The notes beneath the pieces are model-generated. The model was not told where the DNA came from. It did not search any database and saw nothing but the letters and a program-made list of their open reading frames with translations. A DNA stretch of 64,000 bases, taken from assembly GCA_963727255.1 (NCBI GenBank), contig CAVSFC010000002.1, positions 330,412 to 394,411 on the forward strand, written 5' to 3'. The translations under genes were made by a program, and so were the position numbers. Source of the stretch: an uncultured bacterium. GTDB taxonomy: Bacteria > Babelota > Babeliae > Babelales > Vermiphilaceae. This document shows positions 56,465 through 64,000 of this stretch, piece by piece (position 1 is the stretch's first letter; each line of letters opens with the position of its first letter).

Positions 56465-57355
56465 GTGAATGTTTTAATGAAAAAACAGCTATTTCTTTGG
56501 TTGTTTTTATCATGTGTTGCATTTGAAATGCATGCATGGGAAAACTATACAACCACAGATAATAGTTGTAATGAATGCGATTTAGGAGGCTTTAGCATCC
56601 AAATTCAAGCCGGTATTGCTCCGGTTATTTGGTCTAAAAGAAACAACTTTAGTGTCATAAGTTGTAACTCATCGTTAGGGTGCCCTACTACGGCAAGCCC
56701 TGTTATTCCTTTGTTTGAAATGCCAAAATTCAATAAATTATTCAAACTTCCCTGGACGATTGGCGGCTTGATTGGATATTGGCTAAGCGATTGCGATCAA
56801 GTGTATATCGAAGGTAATTATCGTCAGGCAAAAGCTAAAAATAATTATACCATTGCTCCAACGATAACCCTTCCTCTTTTTGCACTTCAGCCGCAATTTG
56901 TATTTGGCACTACAACAAAATATAAATTCTATGATTTCTTTGTAGGCGCACGCCATTATTTTGATATGTGCTGGTGCGATTCATCATTTTTTCTAGGCGG
57001 GCAAGTAGGATTAGTTCATCATAAAGAAGTAGATTTCACGCTTACTGTTTCCTCGCTTACCAATACCTGTAATCCAGCGTATACCACCGGCTGCAATGTT
57101 CTTTTTGGAAAAAATACTCGAATTGCAGGTGGCGCGAGCATCGGATTTGACTATAGTTTCTGCGGTTGCTTTGGGTTTATAATAATGGCAGAATTCATTG
57201 CAACATGCGGTCCATGCGGAAATCAACTCATTACCTTTGCTCCGTGCACAGCGGATTTAGTATTGCCTGAATTAAGACCTGATGCCTTCATTGTTGGTAG
57301 TATTGGTAATGAATTTTATTTCCCTATTACCGTTGGCCTCGAATATAAATTTTAA
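56465..57355 (+). CDS. Cys-rich outer-membrane beta-barrel protein (porin/MOMP-like)
   Basis: GTG start 5 nt after AAGGAAGGAG. Signal ..SCVAFE|MHAW. Alternating beta-strand pattern, about 20 Cys, C-terminal ..ITVGLEYKF (terminal Phe signature). Confidence 0.6.
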   Translation: MNVLMKKQLFLWLFLSCVAFEMHAWENYTTTDNSCNECDLGGFSIQIQAGIAPVIWSKRNNFSVISCNSSLGCPTTASPVIPLFEMPKFNKLFKLPWTIGGLIGYWLSDCDQVYIEGNYRQAKAKNNYTIAPTITLPLFALQPQFVFGTTTKYKFYDFFVGARHYFDMCWCDSSFFLGGQVGLVHHKEVDFTLTVSSLTNTCNPAYTTGCNVLFGKNTRIAGGASIGFDYSFCGCFGFIIMAEFIATCGPCGNQLITFAPCTADLVLPELRPDAFIVGSIGNEFYFPITVGLEYKF

Positions 57356-57379
57356 TTAATTTTTTTAAAAGGAGTTTTC

Positions 57380-58045
57380 ATGAAATTATTTAATAAAAAT
57401 AAAGTATTCGCACTAGCAATACTTTGCCTGTTTGCTTCTCTCGTGCAAGCATCATGCCCAGTAACATGCCCAACCGGCGTAGGCTCTCCACGTTTTTGCA
57501 GCTTAGCAGTAACAGGAGCTTTAAGCGCAGGTAGCTTATGCGTTCAGGGAAATGAGTCAGTAGGTGGCAGCTTATCAGTATGCGGAACCGGAACCAGCTT
57601 TGTATCACTAACGGGTGGAGCGGGATTAACGGGCCCTATTCCTTTCTCAACCCTATCAGCATTCGGATTTGCTTATGATCCTGCTATTGCTCAAGCTGTT
57701 ACGGCCGGAAACAATACAGTCGATTTGACTCTCAGCAGCGCTCTCTTAAATACAACGTTTGCAGCAGATGCATTAACGCCGTTGATTTCTGGAATCTATT
57801 TAATTCGTTATATTGTTGATTTAAACCCAACTGATATCGGGGCTGCCGGTACATTCTCAATTTTTGTGAATGGCGCGACAGTTGCAGGTAGCCAATTTGC
57901 TGTAACTGCTACTGAAACCGGAGCAGTAGTTGGGCAAGCTGTTGTTGCTGTTGTTGCTGGGCAATCAGTTATTATTAATTTTGCTTCTGCCTCAGCTGGT
58001 ACAATAACAGGAACGGCATCATTGGCATTAGAAAAAATCGGCTAA
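57380..58045 (+). CDS. Secreted protein with a BclA-C-terminal-domain-like (C1q/TNF-like jelly-roll) domain and a Cys-rich N-terminus
   Basis: ..ISGIYLIRYIVDL.., ..FSIFVNGATVAGSQF.., ..ASLALEKIG* parallel Bacillus BclA ..TGFYKITVIAN.., ..IQVNGVPVPGTG.., ..ASIIIEKVA*. No collagen GXY repeats. Confidence 0.55.
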   Translation: MKLFNKNKVFALAILCLFASLVQASCPVTCPTGVGSPRFCSLAVTGALSAGSLCVQGNESVGGSLSVCGTGTSFVSLTGGAGLTGPIPFSTLSAFGFAYDPAIAQAVTAGNNTVDLTLSSALLNTTFAADALTPLISGIYLIRYIVDLNPTDIGAAGTFSIFVNGATVAGSQFAVTATETGAVVGQAVVAVVAGQSVIINFASASAGTITGTASLALEKIG

Positions 58046-58054
58046 GTTTTATTG

Positions 58055-58102
58055 TATACAAACAAAAAAACCCCGGAATTTCCGGGGTTTTTTTGTTTGT
58101 AT
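58055..58102. terminator. Bidirectional Rho-independent terminator between convergent genes
   Basis: tatacaaacaaaaaaaccccggaa/ttccggggtttttttgtttgtata is a perfect extended palindrome. The GC core (58071-58086) is flanked by A7 and T7. Confidence 0.85.
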
Positions 58103-58114
58103 AAGCGCTATACG

Positions 58115-58723
58115 TTACTTATCTTCAGATTTATTTTCCTCTCTAATTATAACCGGAATTTTGGTTATTGGCTTTTTACGTAACGGTATGCAAGCAACCA
58201 GTTTTTGCATTGCTTGATCATACTCAATGTGCGATTCTTCAAGCGCTATTTCGCTGCTTAGTCTTTGAGCGTTTTGGCAGTAACTGCTGATCAAAATCTG
58301 TGCTTTATTATTTTTTTGATCCTGTTGCTGTTTCATCAGATGATTAAATCCAACAGAAATTAAATGGCGATCAGTCTGAATTTGCAGGGATCCTACCGGA
58401 GTTGAGATTGTCATGGTATTAGTATCTTGATCCATGGATGCATCAAAAGTTTTTTCTTTAATATCAAGAGGGTAAATGCTGATTTCTAAGCAATTATTTG
58501 CTTTATTTTCATGGATTGTAAGTACGGGCGAATTGATATCATTATTTGGTGGAGCAGTGAACGCCATTTTCATCTCTTCATGCATGCGGTTCATGCGTTG
58601 CTCAAACCGCATCTGCATTTCATCGATCTCATTAATAATTTCTTCAAAAAATGATTTTGGTGCCGCAGCGCAGGCAGTGCCGATAAGTAAAGAAAGCAGC
58701 AATTGTTTATTAAGACTGAGCAT
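58115..58723 (-). CDS. Signal-peptide-bearing Hsp20/alpha-crystallin-like protein
   Basis: ..SPVLTIHENKANNCLEISIYPLDIKEKTFDASMDQDTNTMTIS.. and ..IEYDQAMQKLVACIPLRKK fit the ACD pattern (..vDi.E..d.y.l...lPG..ke.i.v.. / ..nGvL.i.lPK). N-terminus LLLSLLIGTACAAAP. Confidence 0.45.
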   Translation of the reverse strand: MLSLNKQLLLSLLIGTACAAAPKSFFEEIINEIDEMQMRFEQRMNRMHEEMKMAFTAPPNNDINSPVLTIHENKANNCLEISIYPLDIKEKTFDASMDQDTNTMTISTPVGSLQIQTDRHLISVGFNHLMKQQQDQKNNKAQILISSYCQNAQRLSSEIALEESHIEYDQAMQKLVACIPLRKKPITKIPVIIREENKSEDK

Positions 58724-58798
58724 ACTAATGCCTCCTATAGTTAAAGGTTAATGGTTGTGATTTCTATTATTATTAAGTAATAAATTTTTTTTAGAATT

Positions 58799-60085
58799 TC
58801 AAGTGGTTAGTGCCCTTAGCCGCTCTGAGTTAGGTGCCAGTTTCTTTGCAATACTCATTGCAGAAACAATTGCATTATTATGCGAATCGGCATCATGAGT
58901 ATAAAATCCGGCAATCCAAAGATTATGATCCCCTTGCAAAGATTCGAGTTCCTTTTGCCCGGTAAAATAGCCATAATTTACTATGGGATGGTAAAAATGC
59001 CTGAGATCATAGAGTGGGTGCGGCATCGGATTTTCTGCCGGAACTCCCACAGGATAGGTGATCCAACTTCTAAAAACTCCTACTTCTCGCATCCATGGTT
59101 TGCAAATAGTAAGGGCGCTGTTGATCCCATCATAGCGAATGTTCACCACTGCCCAATCGGCTTCATCTGGCGGCATCAATCGCCGATCTCCATGAATCGC
59201 GATCGTGGTATAAAAATATTCTACTAATGCCAGGGCTGCCCGAAAATATTCTGCATGGCCGATATTCTTAAGCAGCTCTTTTGCCGTCATTGCATTGGTT
59301 GCAATAATCAAATGATCAAAAGAATGGCGTTGGCCATTTGCTTGCGTGATATTGTATTGATTGTCTGCATAAGCGATGTCAATAATTTCTGCTGAATGAA
59401 TGATAGTAGTTTGCTTTAATTCTGCTACAAGTGCATTAATATAGGTGCTCATGCCCCCAACAACCTCATTCCACTGGGCAGCAGCAATATGAGCCGGCTC
59501 ATTGACCCGCGCCCATTTGATGATATCGTATGCGGCAAACTTTTTCATATCTTCGGGGCTCACTCCCCACGATGCGCCAAAAAAAGGATAGAGAAAATGC
59601 TCTTTAAATTCTTGAGTGAGCATAATGGTGTCGGCAAAATCGCTTAATGTGATTCCAATATCCTCCGTTGCCATAATATTTGCGCCTGCGCTAATAAAAT
59701 GGTTTAACTGCGTCAGATCAAAAAGTGTGTGCGGATTCAGCGATTGCCACGCGAGTGCACCATCATGAATTGGCGGCAATGATACTTTTTTGCCATTATG
59801 GGTATGATAAAAGGTATAGGTGAGCGGATATTTGCGCGTGGGGACGTTAAGGATCTCTAATAATCTATTGAACTGCGGAAACATCATGTCAGAAAAAAAT
59901 TCAACCCCCGCTTCAACAGGAATAGTTTTTCCCTTAATGGTTATTGGGACAGTGCAGACATGCCCGCCAAGCCGATCTTCTTTTTCAAAAATAGTAACAT
60001 GGTGATGTTGGTCAAGGAGCCATGCACTCGCGAGCCCCGATGCGCCGGCGCCAATAATTCCGATATTAAGTTTATTTTTTTCCAT
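58799..60085 (-). CDS. NAD(P)/FAD-dependent oxidoreductase (amine-oxidase fold, COG2907-like)
   Basis: 428 aa. Dinucleotide fold NIGIIGAGASGLASAWLL..VTIFEKEDRLGGH. Confidence 0.75.
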   Translation of the reverse strand: MEKNKLNIGIIGAGASGLASAWLLDQHHHVTIFEKEDRLGGHVCTVPITIKGKTIPVEAGVEFFSDMMFPQFNRLLEILNVPTRKYPLTYTFYHTHNGKKVSLPPIHDGALAWQSLNPHTLFDLTQLNHFISAGANIMATEDIGITLSDFADTIMLTQEFKEHFLYPFFGASWGVSPEDMKKFAAYDIIKWARVNEPAHIAAAQWNEVVGGMSTYINALVAELKQTTIIHSAEIIDIAYADNQYNITQANGQRHSFDHLIIATNAMTAKELLKNIGHAEYFRAALALVEYFYTTIAIHGDRRLMPPDEADWAVVNIRYDGINSALTICKPWMREVGVFRSWITYPVGVPAENPMPHPLYDLRHFYHPIVNYGYFTGQKELESLQGDHNLWIAGFYTHDADSHNNAIVSAMSIAKKLAPNSERLRALTT

Positions 60086-60135
60086 GCGAAAGACTTTTTG
60101 ATTACTCTAGCATGGCGATGTGAGGAAAATAAATA

Positions 60136-60696
60136 TTACTTCGGTAAATAGATCATTGAGCCCTTAGTAATATCCTCTTTGGTGAGATTCCCCTTTAATG
60201 CCAAACCCCGTTCATTGGAGGTCTTGCTCCAATCAAAAGGTAAAATTCCCTCAGCTGATCTAAATCCAAGAAGTGGCCCCGTTTGCGGCCCAAAGATATA
60301 ACCATTCGCTTCAATAGATGTTTTTCCGAAGAGCGATTTGAGCGTCTCTTTAAATTTCTCTTTTTCAGCCGGAAGCCCGACGCGAATGATAATTTTTTTG
60401 TTTGGCTTAATAATATAGGTGTCAATCCGATCGCCAGCAACTGGCATTTTGCCCAATTTTATTGCAATGATAGTTGGCTTGCTTGTGTCGATAGTTTTAG
60501 CCGGGGTCCATTTGCCTGGGCGCAATTCCTCAAATTTTTTATGGCTTGCCTCTTCGGGAGAATTGCTCACGCTGTAATAGAGCGGATCATTGTGTTTGTT
60601 CCAAAGCTCAAAGTTTGAATCAGCGATTAAAGGAAATGCAAAGCCACTCATGGATAAAAAGATTGCGATAAAACTATTTCTTATTATATGCTTCAT
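60136..60696 (-). CDS. Secreted hypothetical protein
   Basis: 186 aa, MKHIIRNSFIAIFLSMSGFAFPLIA signal. Confidence 0.55.
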   Translation of the reverse strand: MKHIIRNSFIAIFLSMSGFAFPLIADSNFELWNKHNDPLYYSVSNSPEEASHKKFEELRPGKWTPAKTIDTSKPTIIAIKLGKMPVAGDRIDTYIIKPNKKIIIRVGLPAEKEKFKETLKSLFGKTSIEANGYIFGPQTGPLLGFRSAEGILPFDWSKTSNERGLALKGNLTKEDITKGSMIYLPK

Positions 60697-60840
60697 ATTT
60701 TTTCCTTACTAAGGAATATTCCTATTTATTACTAAAATAGCAGATTGGCAATGAATAAATCAATAGTTTTTATAAATAGGAAATAAATAATACTCTACTC
60801 CCCAAAAAATTAAGACATAGATATAAGCATATAAAAAAAA

Positions 60841-60865
60841 AGGGAGCCGTGCTCCCTTTTTTTTT
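60841..60865. terminator. Orphan terminator-like hairpin in a divergent intergenic region
   Basis: A9 - agggagc-cgt-gctccct - T9. No annotated gene ends here. Confidence 0.45.
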
Positions 60866-60954
60866 ACTTTTTCAATAATTCTAATGCTGAACTAGCTAGC
60901 ATGTTTTACAATCTCTGATACCCTTATAAAAAGCGCATATAAACGGAACTTTTC

Positions 60955-61689
60955 ATGGATAAAAAAAATAAACCACAAGGCGAACTCATTTACGGGATTC
61001 ACCCGATTATCGAGGTGCTTAAGGCAAAACGCCGCAAAGTAATCTCAATTTACACCACGCGTCCAACTCCTAAGGCTTGGGCCAAAATTGAAAAATTATT
61101 GCCAGAACGGCCCATTCCCATTCAATATGTGAGCCGCGATGTTTTGAGTAATATGGCAAAGACTGATGATCATCAAGGGGTTGTTGCCTGGGTGCAACAT
61201 TTTCCTTTCCGCAGCAAGGCCTTTGATCCTGCTAAGCACAAATTCTTAGTGCTCCTTGATGGGATTCAAGATCCTCGGAATGTGGGAGCGATTTTGCGAT
61301 CTGCCTATTGCACGGGAGTTGATGGAGTAATTTTAGTAGAACGGTTTGCGGCTCCTTTAAATTCGGCCGCCTTAAAATCTTCGGCAGGCCTTGCAGAGCA
61401 TCTAGAAATCATGGTTGCTCAAACGACTCCCGCAATCATCCAAAATCTTAAAGCTGCCGGCTATACTATCTATTGCGCTGCTTTTGGCGGAAAAAATGCT
61501 CAAGAAGTTGCATTCGAGCAACCAATGTGCGTGGTTATTGGCAGTGAAGGGGAAGGGATTATACCGGCAGTCTTAAAAGCCGGAATTCAGGTTACCTTGC
61601 CCCAAAGAACGGCCGAAATTTCTTATAATGCCTCTGTTGCTGCAGGAATTTTGCTCTTTTTGATCGGAACCCAGCAGAAGAAAATCTAA
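60955..61689 (+). CDS. rlmB: SpoU/TrmH-family rRNA 2'-O-methyltransferase (RlmB-like)
   Basis: 244 aa. N-terminal L30e-like ELIYGIHPIIEVLKA. SpoU motifs LLDGIQDPRNVGAILRSAY, VVIGSEGEGI, LPQRTAEISYNASVAAGILLF. Confidence 0.8.
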   Translation: MDKKNKPQGELIYGIHPIIEVLKAKRRKVISIYTTRPTPKAWAKIEKLLPERPIPIQYVSRDVLSNMAKTDDHQGVVAWVQHFPFRSKAFDPAKHKFLVLLDGIQDPRNVGAILRSAYCTGVDGVILVERFAAPLNSAALKSSAGLAEHLEIMVAQTTPAIIQNLKAAGYTIYCAAFGGKNAQEVAFEQPMCVVIGSEGEGIIPAVLKAGIQVTLPQRTAEISYNASVAAGILLFLIGTQQKKI

Positions 61690-62888
61690 AAATGTATTAG
61701 AGTTTCCAAATCTAAGATCTCAGCGCTGCTGAAGGTGGGATGCCAGAGAAGATATTTGCTATCGGAGCTGCAAGAGCTTGTCCTGCTATTCGATTCAGGC
61801 TTGCGGATGCTTTTTAGTAAAATAATTGTCTTGGGGTTTACGATATCGATATCCTTCTCATCCTCAAGAATGAGATATTTTTCATCAGGAGAAAAATAGG
61901 TAGATTTGGGGGACCATTCCCTCAAAGTGACCAGAGATTTGATATCGGCACCGCTTTGTGCAGAGCATTTCCAGCACATAGAATCTTCTAGCATGATGCA
62001 CAGATCAAGATTTTTTGTTGAGGCTAAATGTCGGCCTGATTTCTCATTTTTTCTTCCCGCTGGAAAAATAAGCTCGCCTATCCCCTTATCATCTTTAATT
62101 TGAATTCGTGAGAAGTCAGGATTAAAAAGAAATGAGCTGAGACCAGCAGACAAACATTCATGGCTAATTTTTTTTAGGGCAGTAAAGTTCTTTGTTTCAA
62201 AAAAAGATAGTGTGATGCCATTTTTTATTATCAATTGCGTGCCTTCGGTATTAAAGAGTGGCGAGTTTCCTTCCAATGCTGCAATTTCTTTCTTGTTCTT
62301 CAAATTAATGATACTAACCACTTGATTATTTTTTTTTCTGATTTCACAAGCTACTAAACTGTCATCAGGACTAAAAATAGTTGAAAATTTATTTTTAACA
62401 AAGTAAGCATCGGAAGAATCTTTAAGGGCGAGAACTTCTTCTTCTGCTGAAATTTGATGAACTTCTAAACTATCTTTATTGGGCTGGTATACCACATATG
62501 TATCTTTCGGGCTAATGCCGGGGATATCAAAAAGTACTGTTTTATATGTTTTTAATAGTTTGCCCGAAATTGTACTCCAGATATGTAAATTATTTTCTGG
62601 GTAACGTGCGGTTTCCAGGCCCCAATAATAGTTGCCCTGCGGGCTAAATCTATGTGAAAGCAATTGTCGCCTGTTTATTTCAAGCGAATGTTCCCACTCG
62701 ATCTTATTTTGGCTTATTTTATAAAGTGCTAGTGCGTATTCAGTTGCTACCATCAATTGCGAATTTTTCGGATGCCAGCATGCATGATTGATTGATGATA
62801 GATAAGAATCAGACTTTAAGCGCTTCGGGGTTTTCTCCATTGCCATAAGCACAGGTGAAAAAATGAAGAGTAATAATACAATGTACAT
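61686..62888 (-). CDS. Secreted beta-propeller-like repeat protein (tandem paralogue 1)
   Basis: 400 aa, signal ..FSPVLMA|MEKT. Recurrent FSPQGNYYW, ISPKDTYVVY, FSPDDSLVACE, FNTEGTQLII, YFSPDEKYLILED, SSDSKYLLWHP. Confidence 0.6.
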   Translation of the reverse strand: MYIVLLLFIFSPVLMAMEKTPKRLKSDSYLSSINHACWHPKNSQLMVATEYALALYKISQNKIEWEHSLEINRRQLLSHRFSPQGNYYWGLETARYPENNLHIWSTISGKLLKTYKTVLFDIPGISPKDTYVVYQPNKDSLEVHQISAEEEVLALKDSSDAYFVKNKFSTIFSPDDSLVACEIRKKNNQVVSIINLKNKKEIAALEGNSPLFNTEGTQLIIKNGITLSFFETKNFTALKKISHECLSAGLSSFLFNPDFSRIQIKDDKGIGELIFPAGRKNEKSGRHLASTKNLDLCIMLEDSMCWKCSAQSGADIKSLVTLREWSPKSTYFSPDEKYLILEDEKDIDIVNPKTIILLKSIRKPESNSRTSSCSSDSKYLLWHPTFSSAEILDLETLIHF

Positions 62889-62899
62889 TTGGGTATGCT

Positions 62900-64000
62900 T
62901 TAAGGAATGTTTTGTTTATTTATGATACTATTGGGATTTTCCGCATTATTAGTTTCAAGATTTCCCTTTTTTTTGAGCTGCATGGAAAAGAAATTTATTG
63001 GTTTATACGTTTGCAAATCGATAACCTGAAGACTTGTGCTGGTCGGGTGCCAAACAAGATATTTACCATCAGAATTCACTGAGCTTGTTTTGATACTTGC
63101 ATCCTTCTGTAAAGATTTAAGTAATTTATTGGTTACAACATCTAAAATGCACAGATTCTTCAGGTCTTCAAGAATCAGATATTTTTCTTGTGAAGAGAAG
63201 TAACCAATTTTAGGTTTACATTCAACAGGAAGATGTTTAAAAACAGTTTCCTTGTAGATGCTATTTAGTTCTACCCTATCATAACGGATAAGATTACCAT
63301 TTCTCTGTATGATGCTTTTACCGAGATCTACTGAAGACGCTAAGACATCTTGATATGGAAAAGTATCTTGATATGTAAAAGTATTCTCCTTTTTTCCATG
63401 TGATTGATCAATTTTAAAAAGATACTCAGTTGGAATTCCGCGATCTGCATATCGGTTAGGTTTGAGCGCTTTTCTAACATGAAGAAAAGAAAAATCAGGA
63501 TTAAGAAAAGCAGCCGAAGGAATATCAAGTAAAGAATTGGTAAATTTTTTTAGCAAAGAAAATTTTTTAGTATCATAAAAACACAATGAATTATCCTTAT
63601 TTACCGCAAGTTCAGTGCCGCTGGCGTTAAATCGCGGTGAATTTCCTATTAATTTTGCATTTTCTTCTTTAGTTTTCAAATTAATAATATGAACCAACTG
63701 TTCCAGTACGGCGCAATGAATCTTCTCACTCGTATCTTTGCTTTCGCATGCAAGAAAAGTGTCATCAGGGCTAAAAACAATTGCAAATTTGTTCTTAGTA
63801 TATAAGGTTTTACCCGTATCTTTAAGGATGATGTGCGGAGCTTGTTCTGCTTTTCCGGAAATTTCATGAACTTCTAAAGTATCTTTATCTGGCTGGCATA
63901 GAACATGTGAATCGTGGGGACTTATAGGGTGAATATCCAAAAGTTCTGTTTTGTATGTTTTTAACAGTTTGCCCGAAATTGCACTCCATAGGCTTAAACT
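62900..64000 (-). CDS. Beta-propeller-like repeat protein (tandem paralogue 2), partial: 5' end beyond the window
   Basis: The ORF-track start at 63940 is a TTG inside an open frame. 63941-64000 continues SLSLWSAISGKLLKTYKTEL, colinear with ..HIWSTISGKLLKTYKTVL.. of 61686-62888. Also FSPDDTFLACES, YFSSQEKYLILED, NSDGKYLVWHP. Confidence 0.6.
   Translation of the reverse strand, partial: SLSLWSAISGKLLKTYKTELLDIHPISPHDSHVLCQPDKDTLEVHEISGKAEQAPHIILKDTGKTLYTKNKFAIVFSPDDTFLACESKDTSEKIHCAVLEQLVHIINLKTKEENAKLIGNSPRFNASGTELAVNKDNSLCFYDTKKFSLLKKFTNSLLDIPSAAFLNPDFSFLHVRKALKPNRYADRGIPTEYLFKIDQSHGKKENTFTYQDTFPYQDVLASSVDLGKSIIQRNGNLIRYDRVELNSIYKETVFKHLPVECKPKIGYFSSQEKYLILEDLKNLCILDVVTNKLLKSLQKDASIKTSSVNSDGKYLVWHPTSTSLQVIDLQTYKPINFFSMQLKKKGNLETNNAENPNSIINKQNIP

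Overview
Low-GC (about 35-40% by eye), gene-dense bacterial chromosome segment. It mixes two kinds of gene. (i) Ordinary housekeeping genes: nusA, family-4 UDG, a MutY/Nth-like glycosylase, two photolyases, deaD, gatB, rng, pal, mnmE, jag, tRNA-Gly(GCC), ruvA, ybeY, valS, tyrS, alr, rlmB and two M16 peptidases. (ii) About 35 lineage-specific ORFs with N-terminal signal peptides. Many carry eukaryote-like domains (ankyrin arrays, a C3HC4 RING finger, WD40-like propellers, LRR, PPP phosphatase, C2HC zinc fingers) and many sit as tandem paralogues. This profile fits an obligate intracellular or protist-associated Gram-negative bacterium; Dependentiae/TM6-like is my guess, by inference only. I found no rRNA, CRISPR, transposase, integrase, phage, restriction-modification or toxin-antitoxin genes, and no convincing self-contained multi-gene system. 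Main observations: (1) a near-invariant Met, usually Met-Glu/Gln, right at the predicted signal-peptide cleavage site of about 28 unrelated secreted proteins; (2) a set of ubiquitin-pathway look-alikes (RING plus propeller, ankyrin proteins with C-terminal F-box-like tails, C2HC/UBZ-like zinc fingers); (3) an oriC-like locus with nine helically phased DnaA boxes and an AT-rich stretch; (4) GC-rich hairpin repeats, one inserted in frame in valS and one forming the 3' end of jag; (5) a relic of the mnmE 3' end that records tandem duplication in the ankyrin array; (6) frameshifts clustered in multi-gene patches, which look more like consensus indel errors than real gene decay. All domain calls come from motif recognition by eye; no searches were run.
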